A stretch of 62,318 nt of DNA, filler included, from Circinaria calcarea (Eukaryota), in NCBI GenBank assembly GCA_051942165.1. It is 28 parts of 28 records of this genome, joined end to end, with 100 filler letters (N's around TTAATTAATTAA, not from the genome) between each part and the next. Parts side by side here need not be neighbours in the genome. Positions count along the whole stretch, not along the records: positions 20,152 to 22,283 come from JAVECS010003847.1; positions 22,384 to 24,514 come from JAVECS010003848.1; positions 24,615 to 26,744 come from JAVECS010003849.1; positions 26,845 to 28,973 come from JAVECS010003850.1; positions 29,074 to 31,200 come from JAVECS010003851.1; positions 31,301 to 33,427 come from JAVECS010003852.1; positions 33,528 to 35,654 come from JAVECS010003853.1; 21 more parts are not named here. One strand, 5' to 3'. The notes beneath the pieces were generated by a model. The model was not told the origin of the DNA and made no database searches. It worked only from the letters and a program-made list of their open reading frames with translations. This document shows, in pieces, positions 21,894-34,008 of this stretch; the first letter of the stretch is position 1, and every line of letters starts with the position of its first letter. Position numbers and translations under genes: made by a program.

Positions 21894-24800
21894 CTAACAG
21901 AAGGTCAATTACAAAAAGTTTTGGGGGTGGGGTCAACATTTGCAACTTGGGGGGGAAGGAAATTGTAAATTCCATACTTTTGGGGTATAGAATTGCAAAT
22001 TTCCCCGGAGTGGAACAGTAGTATTTTCAATACGAATTTATTTCTCTTACGTGTCCACAAAACCACACTTAAATGTTCGATTCGATAACTTCTATCCGTG
22101 TATCGAGGTCTAGCAAGCGTAAGTGCTTATGGTTCTTCCCGAACAAGACATTTCAACTCAGTGAGAATAGGCCGTGATCACAGACCCGCGAAATCGGTCC
22201 AATTAAAAAGCGTGCAGTGTTCCCAAGTAAGGGATATGAATTACTCTGTCCTGCTCTTCTCTTCTCGTTCCCCTTCCCGCCCCNNNNNNNNNNNNNNNNN
22301 NNNNNNNNNNNNNNNNNNNNNNNNNNNTTAATTAATTAANNNNNNNNNNNNNNNNNNNNNNNNNNNNNNNNNNNNNNNNNNNNCCCGGGCCATTCAGAGA
22401 GGGCCCAGAGAGGGAGAACCTTTTATGCGACGGTGTTTTGCAGCGGCGAGGTATCTCCTCCTGAATTGGTCCATATGATCTTCATTCGAGTCGCGTCTCG
22501 GGACAAATGAGAGGCTCTGAACGGTGACACCTGCGCTGGCATGTTTGATACCGACATGCAGCCAGGGTTTTCTACTGGCCAACATGCATGGCACGTCTTT
22601 CCCATGGCCATGCAGCATGCATTCGGTTTCCTTGCACCAAAGTTACGACTTCTACTCCCTACTCGCGAAGATAAGAGTGCATCAGGGAACCATCTTCTGT
22701 CGCTCAACCTCGAGGGAGCTTTGCCCTGACAGCGATGATGCACTGTCACGGTGGTTTTCATGGGCGCTGGTATATACAATCGTGATTCTTTGATCCTGGC
22801 GGAATTGCGACTGTACAACTCGGCCCGGCTCATTGCAGCTCATGCATGGACGCGATCCTTCTCGAAGCTATTCAGATAACGTGGCTCCGAACCCATGTCC
22901 CTTGACAATGACTTGTATCCCTTGCGGGGACCCTCATCGACGACAACCTCTGCCGGCATCTGGCATCTGGCATCTGGCAGCTACCCGGTACACGGCTATA
23001 CAATAGTGCAACCAGTAGACATGGCGGAGCAGACTGTATAGCCGTCTTGACTCCGCTCGTGACACCGGAGGAGCTCCGAGGTGGGAAATAATTTCCAACA
23101 TAATCCAACATGTACTTGATTTCGTTCAGCCCAGGTAGCCGGATTACTACTACGGTCAGATTTTAATATCAGGTAGTATCTCTCCGGTGAAAGTCTCCGG
23201 CCACGCGAAGATATGGCCAAGCTCGTAATGACAGGCCAATATGTGGAGAAGCGTGACGTCCGTCGGAGGGACAACTCCGGCCAATTTGGGAGAGCGATTT
23301 TTAGATATTAGCCATAGTCTGTCCTATTGAGACATAAGAGATCCATTCGCCCATTGCACGTTGGCCTTGAGCGTAGTGCGGTTTTCATGATAAAGGTGGA
23401 GCGTTGAGATTCACTCTGGAGTTACCACGGCTGAAAATTAAATTCCTGTCATCCCCAACCTTCTACGAGAATCCGAGACACATCACGTCAATTGCGGGGC
23501 AACCAACGCCTCCGCAGGCGCCTCAAATATATTCTCGCGAATTGTCTGATGTTACATGATTTCCGGCTCAGAGAGAAGGTGTTGGTAGGGAATCATCAGA
23601 TCATGGGGCCATTACCAGGTTGCACAATTGCATAGTCGGCATGAAAACCACATCTGTTACTCTCTTCGTACCAAAGCCAATGTCCATGGAAGACCCTCGG
23701 GGTGGATGTTCAGGATTTTCTTAATACCCAACTTGTGGCTGAACCACTTTGGCACCAACGCGTCTATTTTCCTTGGCGCGATCCTTCACGACACGTCCTT
23801 GAAGGACTGCGATTCGACATGGACATTACCGGCATGCACGCCTCGGAATCCTGATTGAACAACCCCCAAGGCTGATCCTAGTGTGCATATGGCCATGGTC
23901 AACCATCAGCGGAGAGTCATCGTGAGGCCTTGTGACGGCCAAGTTTGGCATAAAGCCTACTCACTTCTCTCTGGATTCCCTCCGAACCACATCTCTTCAC
24001 TCCACGCTTCTTTAAACCAAAGAATACACCACTGTCGCCATATGGCCTGTCATGTATCTCCCTAATGAGCGACGAGATTAGGATTCCCCGACAGAGCCGA
24101 TAAGGATTCCGTGCTGTAGAATACCTACAGGCGACCCACACCTGCAGCACAAGCGCCAATTGTGTCCCACGGTTGAGAGCAGACTCCACTACTCCATCCA
24201 ACCACGGTTGGAGAGATTGTACCTTACTTTGCAGTCAGGCAGCGCCGCGAACGCTATGGCCGCCCCTGACTATCTTTTGTTTCTAAATTTCACAGAGCCT
24301 CATGCTCGTTCCATTCTCCACTGTTGGCTTCCATGCGCTTGAAGGCGTACTGCTCTATGGTCCGCCCATTGCCCACTTGCTGACACTAGCACTGCTGTGG
24401 TACATTCAAGCCTACTTCCGCCTTACAAGCCCTCTAATGATCGTCGGTTATACAACTATCTAGTACCATCCATCTATCGACTTCCGATAACTTACGCTAG
24501 GCACGTCGTCAGTANNNNNNNNNNNNNNNNNNNNNNNNNNNNNNNNNNNNNNNNNNNNTTAATTAATTAANNNNNNNNNNNNNNNNNNNNNNNNNNNNNN
24601 NNNNNNNNNNNNNNTTAATTTAATTAATATTATTAAATATTTAATTAAATTTATAAAGCGGCTATATTATATATTTTTTATAATAATATAATAACCGCCA
24701 AGACTGCGTCAAGAATGTCAGATCACATAACGAACTTCAAAACTGCGTCCCGGAACCCTCTTGCACTTACAGTTTCGATGCATTCACGAATATCGCCTGC

Positions 24801-25303
24801 ACTTTTAGAAGTAGAAGCTCAAAAGAAAGCCCTTAGAATAAGGATGAATATGGCACCTTATTTTCAAAAATGCGTTCGTGGGCGCAATAGTTGTATCGCT
24901 GTGAAGGTAAGCGCTTTAGTGGAATGCTTCGGGGAGAGCATTTGGTACGAAGCGCCAAGAATGTCAGATCACGTGTACCATTAAATATTAAGCTTCCCCA
25001 GTGAAAATTTCATTCTTTTGAAAGTAATTCTTATTATCCTAACCTAAACACCAATTTACGCTCAAATCGAATTGAAATTAGTATTGGAATAAACGTTAAG
25101 TATTCAGCATTGTGCTCTGCTTTAATTGATGTCTTTCTTTCGATTACCGCGTTGTAATTGACTGGAGAAATACTTGGTTTTCCCTACCCGTGTTTATTAT
25201 ATGTCCCCTATGAAGTTCATGCTTTTTATCTTGACTTTTTTCTATAGAATTCTTTATCAGTACTATACTGGATCTATCTGGCTGCTTCCTTGGGTTTAAA
25301 GCG

Positions 25304-26146
25304 ATGAATACCTCATTCTGCACCCAATGCAGGCAGAATGTAGCGAAAGATCTCTTTATAAAAGATGGGGATGAGCCGTATAAGCTCTGTCGTACCTGCA
25401 GGGTAAGTCTAATCCATACCATGTTTGTGCTCATTTACTTACATCAACAGGAAGCAGTACGAACCGCCCGAGCACGTCGTCCACTTCGAGAACGAGACCC
25501 AAACATCCAAACCCTGCCTGCCAGACCTGTAAAACGAGCCAGGATACATGGTCCAGGAGCGATTGAACCAGTTGCTATACACGAGGATGTTCAGCGCTTT
25601 CCGGGGCTACGTCGACAGCATGTTGAGATCCAGGCTCCTCCTAGAAGGTCCCCCTCACCATCTCGCGCCCCGCCGCTCACCTACCATACCCCCCCTGATC
25701 CTGAACAGGAACGGCAGGATCGACGGCGTCGACGGGCTGAACGACGGGAGCAGGAGCAATGGGAACAGGAGGAACGGGAACAGGAGGAACGGCGGCTACA
25801 AGAGGAGGAAGAACGACGGGAGCAAGAGGAGCAGGATGAGGACCTACGTCCAGGGACAGCCGTGCGTGAAGCTCTTGAAGCCCAAGCACAATTGGACGCC
25901 CTACAAGAGGCCGAGGGAGGTCTTCGGAATGGTCGGAATGGTCGGAATGGTCGGAATGGCGGAGCTCAACCACCAGCAAGGAGACCCCCTATCCGCAATA
26001 ATGCGGCGCTTATTCAAAACTATACCAACCCCCCCGTGCAAGACCTCGGCAGGATGGATATAATCTGCAGGAAGTGCCAAGCAAAGCATTGGAAGGCGGA
26101 GGAGTCTAAGAAGAAGAAACAGCTCGATCGATTGACCCGGCTGTGA
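25304..26146 (+). CDS. Helitron Rep-helicase N-terminal fragment (Zn fingers only; no Rep or helicase motifs)
   Basis: N-terminal CTQC..KLCRTCR; in-frame 48-nt intron 25403-25450; E/R-rich coil; DLGRMDIICRKCQAKHWKAE matches the LG.M...C..C.A.HW..E Helitron motif. An out-of-frame GCENGDY follows where CC..G is expected. Confidence 0.75.
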   Translation: MNTSFCTQCRQNVAKDLFIKDGDEPYKLCRTCRVSLIHTMFVLIYLHQQEAVRTARARRPLRERDPNIQTLPARPVKRARIHGPGAIEPVAIHEDVQRFPGLRRQHVEIQAPPRRSPSPSRAPPLTYHTPPDPEQERQDRRRRRAERREQEQWEQEEREQEERRLQEEEERREQEEQDEDLRPGTAVREALEAQAQLDALQEAEGGLRNGRNGRNGRNGGAQPPARRPPIRNNAALIQNYTNPPVQDLGRMDIICRKCQAKHWKAEESKKKKQLDRLTRL

Positions 26147-26529
26147 AAACGGGGATTATATCCAACCTCCACGCCTATTTTCTGTCTTTTAGGTGCGGAG
26201 GAGAGACATGTTCCACGGTTTTCGTTCTTGCAACTTTTTACCCCTTATATATAGCTTCTACCTATGCAGTACGCATGCTCTGGCTGCATGCTTTGGCTAT
26301 ATACTACGACTGAGTATCACGACTATATACAGAGCCATACTATCAGGCTGTTCGTCGGCTCTGCACCTCTTTTTACTCCGCTTACGGGAAGCCGAATATG
26401 TTGAAAGCTTATAGAATGCTTACTTTTCGACAGAATTTCAAAATTTCTTGCTCGGCTTAAAGCTCTACTATAGTATAACATCGTGCGTACTCTGATATAT
26501 GTAATATAGTAAAAAATTTCAAAGCCACG

Positions 26530-26625
26530 GCCCGAAAGGCTTAAGGCGAAGCCCGCCACCTTTCGAGCTTTAACGAGGAAACAAAACGAGGCGTGAAGGC
26601 CCGGAACGGGCCGAATACGCCTCGT
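26530..26625. other. Two consecutive GC-rich stem-loops (candidate Helitron 3' termination signal)
   Basis: GCCCGAAAGG (26530-39) pairs with CCTTTCGAGC (26559-68), 9/10. ACGAGGCGT (26586-94) pairs perfectly with ACGCCTCGT (26617-25) and encloses GGCCCG-GAA-CGGGCC. Confidence 0.8.
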
Positions 26626-26844
26626 AAGCGAATAAAAAATTATAATTTTTTTTTTAAATTATATATTTTAATTTATATTTACGTCGTTATAAATTATTAT
26701 TACGGGGTTTTTTTTAAAAAAATATATATATTATAATATATAATNNNNNNNNNNNNNNNNNNNNNNNNNNNNNNNNNNNNNNNNNNNNTTAATTAATTAA
26801 NNNNNNNNNNNNNNNNNNNNNNNNNNNNNNNNNNNNNNNNNNNN

Positions 26845-26993
26845 TCGATGTATGCGGCGCGGGTGGGAATCGATCGGGGCGCGAACTTGGAGAGATATGC
26901 GGGGGCTACCTGATCATAGCCCTGCTCGACAAGGCTTTTTGCGTCGAAGGATATAGTTGGCGGTGGATTCTTATCTCCGGCGATAATCTCCAT
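26845..26993 (-). CDS. N-terminus of a probable SAM-dependent methyltransferase
   Basis: MEIIAGDKNPPPTISFDAKSLVEQGYDQVAPAYL..PTRAAYI; K..V..GYD..A..Y is a typical class I methyltransferase N-terminal helix; truncated. Confidence 0.6.
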
Positions 26994-27603
26994 CACTTTG
27001 TGATATTTTTTACCATGTAGCCTTGGCTGTTTGAATACGGGCCGAGCCGAAAGCCAGCAAAAGGCACTCGAGGACTTCATGCTAGGAGCGGGCAACTTGG
27101 GACCCGGAAAAGTATTTTCCGACTGCGGACCTTGCTACTAATCCCCTCCGTGTTTAAACAGTGTTTGACGCTAATTATCGCTTCTACCGTTTTGATTTTA
27201 CCATGATAGTGGAATTAGAACTATTATCATACAAATCCAGAACCATACTATGCATCAAGGTGGTTCTTATGCCCAAGGTCCCCCACTTGGGGCTTTCCCA
27301 AGAACTTCACAAGTGTCTTGATGGAGCCCGCTATACTTACATAGTGAGCCGCGAGACTTGGATTGGCTTGAAAAGGGGTATAGCTATTACATAAAGCTTA
27401 TCCGCAAATCTGGTAGACAACCGGTAATATTTTATGACATCTTTGGTAAATATTCAAGTGATCTCAGGCCGGAACAAGTATCCAAGACAGCTCTGCGCAG
27501 ATCTGAAACAGAATTGGACTCCGAGGAAGCGTTACGCAATAGATCCATGTAGTAGCCGTGAAGGACAAATACTACTATGAAATCATAACAGTGCTCGGTC
27601 TGA

Positions 27604-28925
27604 TTATTGGGCTGTGTAGCCTCCATCGACAGGTAAAGCGACACCGGTAATCCACACGGCATCGTCACTCGCGAGAAAAACCGCCCCTCGAGCCACATCG
27701 TTCACACTTCCCCAATCACCCATCGGCGTAGTAGCAATCTTCTTCGCATTTTCCGCTTCGTCTTCATAGCTGACTTTCGTCATCGCGGTTTTGGTAACTA
27801 AAGGTACGGCGGTTAGGTTGTCCATTGAGCATCAAAGGAGGTGAATGGGAAAAGAAGACCAACAGCCAGGGCACAACGCATTGCAGTGGATCTTATCCTT
27901 TGCGTAGTCGACAGCTACAGCGCGGGTACAATTGACAATTGCCCCTTTTGAGGCACAGTATGCGGCTATAAAATCAAGCGACAGGGCAGTAGCCCAATTC
28001 ATATTGTTAGCTAGATGTCCCTTTTCTTCGCTTCGCATGTGGTCGGAACTGCTGAGGTTTTGAGAGGCGTACCAGCACCACCATCCACGCCTACTAAGCC
28101 GAAGATGCTTGCAGTATTGACGATATATCCCCTCTGACCGCTTGGGGAAAGGCCTTGGCTTAAGAACTGAGCGCATGCGAATTTGCAGCCTAAAAACATG
28201 CCGCGAACGTTGACTCTTCTAAATTGTACTCCTGTTAGCCTAGTTATACTAAGCATAAGTATGCTCTTTTTAGAGGAATCTAATTTTGGCTTAGATGAAA
28301 ATCTCTTTCTTGCGAGACATACTGTAAAAATATGAAAATTCATTGAGACACGCCTTTGAAAGATCTGTTCACTCACATCATCTTGTCCCATATCTCTTCG
28401 CTCATCTCGTGTATGCGTACAGCTTCGACACCCAAGCCGGCATTATTAACCATACTATCCGCAGCGAATCCAGTTTACAGTCAGCCATCGCTCAGTAACG
28501 CAGTTACTCTCTATAATCGCAGGCAACTGGAAACCCCTGGTACAAGCCCATACCGACCCAAATTTTCTGACTCTGAAGCTATAGACCAAAGAGATAGCAA
28601 AAGGAAAGAAAACTTACACGTCCAATCTCCCCCCCCGTTTCACCGCCTCATTCACGCATGCCTCTACATCATTCGAATTGCCAACGTCAGTCTTCATAAA
28701 CACGGCCTTTCCCTCCCCGTGCTGCTGAGAAATGAGATCATGCGTCGATACCTCCGCTTCGGAAGGAATGCCCGGTAGGGCGTCGGGCTGCAGGTCTGCA
28801 CAGACAACGAGTCGTGTACCCTGGGCAGCGAAGGCTAACGCTATGGCACGACCGAGTCCGGATGCAGCACCTGTGATAATAGCAACCTTGTCAAAGAGGC
28901 GGAGATTAGAGGATAGGTTAGACAT
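27604..28925 (-). CDS. Short-chain dehydrogenase/reductase (classical SDR), complete, 5 exons
   Basis: TGAASGLG, VNNAG, NTASIFG, YCASKGA (YxxxK), NALCPG and LPVDGGYTAQ*; four GT-AG introns restore the frame. Confidence 0.92.
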
Positions 28926-29073
28926 GGTACGTCTTGGTGTCGAATAAAATGAGGTTAAGCTGTCTGTTAAAGANNNNNNNNNNNNNNNNNNNNNNNNNNN
29001 NNNNNNNNNNNNNNNNNTTAATTAATTAANNNNNNNNNNNNNNNNNNNNNNNNNNNNNNNNNNNNNNNNNNNN

Positions 29074-29799
29074 TCGATGGCTCCTCCGTCTTTTGAACAA
29101 ACCCGTCATTCGTGGAAATCCTCGCATAACCTGGCCCAGTCATCTCCTCTTCAGAATCGTCTCCATCCTGACTTTCGCACCGCCAACGGGCCAAACCTCT
29201 CATTTATCTCGGAAACATCCACAATCCCGAACTCACCCAACTTTGGCGCCGTGTCGGATGAAGAGGATCAACATCTTCCAACCCACTCTTTCCGCATCCA
29301 ATCTACCAGCATGCGGGGCTCTCCTCCTCGCACACCACCACCTACTCGTGGTCGCGGAAACCGACATCGCAAATCCAACGCTACCGGTGAAGAAGGAGCC
29401 GACCTCCTTCTCTACTTGGCCACCTCCCCATCGCCTGCCAATCCAACCGTGAAAGTACGCGGCTTCCTGCCTTCCACTCCGCCTTCCAACCACGCTGTCC
29501 TTCCATCCTCGATGATGGGTACACCCGGTGGGACCAACATCTTCACCGGCTTCAGTACGCCGGGCCAGCAATTCAACTTTTCCGATTTCGTCAACGTCAC
29601 GCCGAGTCCCGCTCAGGGGGTTTTTGGCAGCCGGACCCCAGGTGTACCCAAAACCCCACTGGCGACCAAGGAGGCACGGAGGAGATTGAATTTCGACGCG
29701 CTAGTACCGCCAAGTGCAAGTCCGAACATGGGCATCATGAGCAGGGGGTCGGCGAGTACGGGCTTGGGCATGGAGTTGGGGGGAGAGCTGGTCTCTTAG
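29074..29799 (+). CDS. Whi5/Stb1-like cell-cycle transcriptional regulator, C-terminal part
   Basis: EEGADLLLYLATSPSPA motif, many S/T-P CDK sites, FNFSDFVNVTPSPAQ and ARRRLNFD; family assignment from memory. Confidence 0.55.
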   Translation, partial: SMAPPSFEQTRHSWKSSHNLAQSSPLQNRLHPDFRTANGPNLSFISETSTIPNSPNFGAVSDEEDQHLPTHSFRIQSTSMRGSPPRTPPPTRGRGNRHRKSNATGEEGADLLLYLATSPSPANPTVKVRGFLPSTPPSNHAVLPSSMMGTPGGTNIFTGFSTPGQQFNFSDFVNVTPSPAQGVFGSRTPGVPKTPLATKEARRRLNFDALVPPSASPNMGIMSRGSASTGLGMELGGELVS

Positions 29800-30820
29800 C
29801 ACACGCCCTTGAAATCCGACCGACCACGTGCCATCTGGTCATGGCTGAGGGATACATGTCACTTGTGCAATCTACTTATGACGGTTATGCATTCTTCAAT
29901 GTTGGTAGTGTATAGGGAACAGGGGTCTATTCCTAGATATACCCGTATGGCTATGGAAAACAGGGTGGATTCGATTGATTTGTGTATCGAATCTACCTTG
30001 TGTCATTAGAGACGGGACCTGGGGGAAAAGGCGTAGCTAGACCGGTTCTGTCCCCGTGTTGATATCATCTTGTAATCAGTTGCGATTCGGCCTTGTTTGT
30101 AATCCTTTTGCCTAGAATCGGTAACCCTGATTCTGATTTCAAGCTCGGTAGATGGCTTTTCTCCTTTCCCTTCTGGCCAGCGAGAACCAGGGATGAAAGC
30201 TGGAACAGGGGCCCGGAAAGGGAAAGTAAAAGGAAAAGGAAAAGGGAAAGAGAGATAGGGAAAAGGGAGAAAGGGAAAGGGGAAGTAGAGCTCAGCCCAC
30301 CCATTTGCTTTTCTCACTATACAATCAATCAAACCAAATCAATCTATCTGTAAAGACCCTTTACGAATAGTATATGGTAACGATCTTACGAATCAGTGGT
30401 CGGTCAATTATATAATAATAAGCTCAATAGGTTTATATAAATGTATGAATTATCGCTCAGAGAATTTCGGGTGTAACGCTTCGTGCTTCGTTCGCGAGGA
30501 GGAAAAAAAAACCTTTTCTCGCTATGGTACCATAAGTCTGCCAGCACGCACCTCGTGAACCTCGGTTGTGTACTATAGTTTATTTATAGGGTTCCACGGT
30601 TCGTAGGGGGGTTCGTAGGGTAGAGAGATCCCTGGCATTAATCGGATTTTTAATTAAATTTAATTAAATCAAATCAATAAAAACAAAAACAAAAACAAAA
30701 ACAAAGAGAAAGAGAAAGAGAAACATTGAACTTGGACTTGGACTTGGACTGGGGGGGTCCCGACCTCCCGATGCGGGAGCGGAGCGGGTCGGGAATTTAT
30801 TTTCGGTGGTTTCACCGTGA

Positions 30821-30961
30821 TTGTAAGTTACTATAAGTGACTGTAAGTTACTATAAATAACTATAAGTGACTGGAAGTGACTATAAGTGACTGTAAGTAA
30901 TTTGTGACTGTAAGTGACTATAAATGACTGTAAGTTACTATAAGTGACTATCAGTGACTAT
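30821..30961 (+). repeat. 10-bp minisatellite (CTRTAAGTGA), about 14 copies
   Basis: ctataagtga/ctgtaagtta/ctgtaagtga units. Microsatellites (AAAAAC)n, (AGAAAG)n and (CTTGGA)n lie nearby at ~30678-30752. Confidence 0.9.
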
Positions 30962-31300
30962 GACGGTGATTATGACGCTAACGGGCTGGTTGAATTCCCC
31001 CTTGCTCCTTGCTCTTTGCTCTTGCTGGTTCTGATATTAGTTCTGGTTCCGGTTCTAGTTCGTAGCATGGTCGAAAGTCGAAAGTCGAGAAGAGAAAAAG
31101 AAAAACATCGAGAGGGGAGGGGAGAAAAAGAATTTTATGAATTTAAAAGAGATAAAGGTTGAGGGAATTGAGAGCAGAGAAGAAGGAGAAAGGGGGGGGG
31201 NNNNNNNNNNNNNNNNNNNNNNNNNNNNNNNNNNNNNNNNNNNNTTAATTAATTAANNNNNNNNNNNNNNNNNNNNNNNNNNNNNNNNNNNNNNNNNNNN

Positions 31301-31819
31301 TGATGTCCGCAACTATAAGGAAAGCGCAGGAATAGAGGCAATTGACGTTGCAAAACGACTTCAAGACTATGGCTTCCACGCTCCGACAATGTCATGGCCA
31401 GTTGCGAACACATTGATGATTGAGCCTACGGAAAGCGAGAATAAAGAAGAGCTCGATCGTTTCTGCGACGCATTGATAAGCATCAGGGAAGAAATTAGGG
31501 CTGTTGAGAATGGAGAACAGCCTCGGGAAGGTAATGTTTTAAAAATGGCTCCACATTCTTTGAAAGATCTTTTGGCTAGCAATACCTGGGAGCGAAGTTA
31601 CAGTAGGGAAAAGGCAGCGTATCCGTTGCCATGGTTGAAGGAGAAGAAATTTTGGCCTAGTGTTACGCGTTTGGATGATGGTGAGTACAATTTACGGGCT
31701 TAAGAGAAGAGTCACTGACGTAAACAACAGCCTATGGCGACATGAATCTGTTCTGTACATGTGGCCCAGTGGAGACGATTGATGGCATGACGGGGGCTGC
31801 TGCTCCTGCACCAACTTGA
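31301..31819 (+). CDS. GCV2: Glycine decarboxylase P protein, C-terminal part
   Basis: [62 protein letters not shown], intron 31681-31730, then [11 protein letters not shown]. Confidence 0.97.
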
Positions 31820-32173
31820 TGAGCTACGATACAGGCATTAAAGGTTAGATCTCGGGATAGAAAGGAACGGATACAGGGCGTTCAAATAAAACCACCTGAA
31901 ATGACAGCATTTTCAACACCAGCCATCCTCAACGATTGGCCAAAAACAGTCTCATTTATCAGGCGTTGATTCAACATTCGAAAATACCCCAATTGCATGA
32001 AAAGAGCTTGCTTTTTGCATTTGCATTCGCATTAGCGTTTGAATTAGCATCTGATTGAATGCGTAAAATGTTATAGCGCACTCAATCATACGGACTATTA
32101 AAAAATGATGCGGATGGGTATCTCATGAATCCAGACACAGCCTCCTTAACCCAAGCCCTGATACATGTACTCA

Positions 32174-32693
32174 TCAACTACAGCATCCTTCACTTGAGCC
32201 TCGCGAATGTTTCCCTGCCATCTTTATAGAATCGTTATCCCCTCGCTCAGTCTCGTCGTGTATCCGCAGCTCTAGTCAGATTCCATTAATAACCCCACGC
32301 CGTACAATCCGTTTTGGTCGGAGGCACAACTCACGGTACTTTTCGTTCTCACTATCGTCCACCTTTACCCCCTGCACGAGGTTTCGCCGGACGAATCTGG
32401 CTACGTCTTCTGCGTAGTCAATCTTCTCCGACGCTTCGGGACCGAAGGGTAGGAGGGAGCGATTTCTGGAGATTTCGCAACGGGCTTGATGGCGGGCGGC
32501 GAAGAGGGCCCGGTTGTCGTCTGCGTTGATAAAGGGTCAGAATGGGTTTAGAAGTGTAGGTGCGATAGGTGCCGGCGGGTAAGGGCTCTTGCGGAGAGGT
32601 CGTTGGTGTAGAGATCAGGGAGGGGAAGGGGGCCTTACCTTTGAAGGCGATTCGGATAGCTCGAAGGAGATGACGGTAGGCTGCTAGAGCCAT
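32174..32693 (-). CDS. MZM1: Mitochondrial zinc maintenance / LYR protein Mzm1 (LYRM7), complete, 3 exons
   Basis: MALAAYRHLLRAIRIAFK | DDNRALFAAR..AEDVARFVRRNLVQG..KY | LRIHDETERGDNDSIK..*; first intron 32521-32638. Confidence 0.88.
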
Positions 32694-32895
32694 TGTAGTG
32701 GACTCAGTCATGCGTATGCGATCATGAGTGCTGCATCGTGGTCGTTCACGTCCTCGTCTCGGAGTTCTATCAACAGTCCCTGGTATAGTGATGCGATCTC
32801 CCCTGCTAGGCCACCGGGCCTTCGGCTTCCGGAGTTCATAGAAAAATGTCGAGGTAGAGCATCAGCTTTTTGGCTCAGTTACAAGTTCAATCAAG

Positions 32896-33427
32896 ATGGC
32901 GTCGACACACGTCTCGTTGCCGTTACCGGTCTTGCCAGAAAGCTGGTCTGGTGAAAAGGACTTCAAGGCCATTGGTACACTCTCGCCTGCAACACAGCGC
33001 AACATTGAGCCTGTGGGACCTCACTTTTTAGCGCATGCGAGGAGAGTATGTTCATTCATCCCAGTGTAATCTATAAGGTAGATGTTACTGGTGCTGATAA
33101 TTCTGCAGAAGCGACACCACCGCACATTCTCAGAGGACGACCGGATACAAGCCCAAGAAAATGTGAAAAAGGTAGAGGATGATGATGGTGGAGAGATCAG
33201 CGAGCCAGAAGATCCATTGATGCTGCAGCGGGACGCAAAGGATTGGAAGGTAGGCTACATGTGCCCTCCGGTGACTTACCGGATTCGAAATGGATACTAA
33301 TTCCTATCTAGGGACAAGATCATTACGCTGTGCTCGGACTCTCCAAGTACCGCTTTCGTGCTACAGAAGATCAGATCAAGCGTGCCCACCGAAAGAAGGT
33401 TCTTCGCCATCACCCGGACAAGAAAGC
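32896..33427 (+). CDS. ZUO1: Zuotin (ribosome-associated J-protein), 5' part
   Basis: [14 protein letters not shown] | [21 protein letters not shown] | [37 protein letters not shown] (HPD motif). Confidence 0.97.
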
Positions 33428-33527
33428 NNNNNNNNNNNNNNNNNNNNNNNNNNNNNNNNNNNNNNNNNNNNTTAATTAATTAANNNNNNNNNNNNNNNNN
33501 NNNNNNNNNNNNNNNNNNNNNNNNNNN

Positions 33528-33706
33528 TGCTTATAGACCGTGTTCAATAGACTCCATACTATTGAGCCTAGGGCAACAGTTCAACTACACCCTATGTAAC
33601 CGTGCTATTACCAATCGAGACTTAACATATTCCTCATTAGGCCTCAAGGATTGCAGCGCCCTTACAATATTCCTCAATAGGCCCCAGGGATTGCAGCGCC
33701 CTTACA
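33528..33706 (+). repeat. Partial copy (3' part) of the LTR-like repeat at 34009-34374, with an internal 40-bp tandem duplication
   Basis: 33528-33666 is highly similar to ~34235-34374. ATATTCCTCA.TAGGCC.CA.GGATTGCAGCGCCCTTACA is duplicated at 33627-33666 and 33667-33706. Confidence 0.85.
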
Positions 33707-34008
33707 GGATGCATTATAATTATAAATATTAGAAAAAGTCTTCATAATTTATATGCCGTATATTTGGTTCAAAAAGACTTATTAAATTTTCTACCGGTTT
33801 TTCATCAGGTTTTAGGCGGCTATTCGCCTATTTAATTCCTTATTTACTTTTACCCTATTTCTCTCCTTATATAATCGAATTCAAGGATTATTCTGTCATC
33901 GCTGCAGGGTAAATTTATCTCCCGTCCGTGGTTAAATACGAGAGAATCCCGCAGGTATATCTGCCGTTTGGGAGCGGCTGCATCCTCAGGGTTATAAGAC
34001 AAAGGTCG

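Larger units (their letters stand above)
24693..26632 (+). mobile_element. Truncated/non-autonomous Helitron-like element in AT-rich DNA
   Basis: A ~1.9-kb island of ordinary GC content between very AT-rich flanks; carries a Helitron RepHel N-terminus-like ORF and GC-rich hairpins at its right end. Boundaries are approximate. Confidence 0.7.

Noticed and set aside
22759..22846. TPP-riboswitch-like words on the minus strand (ATGAGCCGG ... ATACCAGCG)
   Set aside because: The invariant TGAGA, the TGATC-TGG P4/P5 pairing and the downstream AAAG are missing, and no thiamine gene is visible. An Rfam TPP covariance scan would settle it.
24219..24514. Splice-like signals (CTGAC..CAG; GTACTG..CTGAC..TAG) suggesting the start of a gene
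   Set aside because: No recognisable protein in any spliced frame; the contig ends before it can be tested
26520..26630. Hammerhead ribozyme (stems plus GAAA)
   Set aside because: No CTGANGA core; better explained as Helitron terminal hairpins
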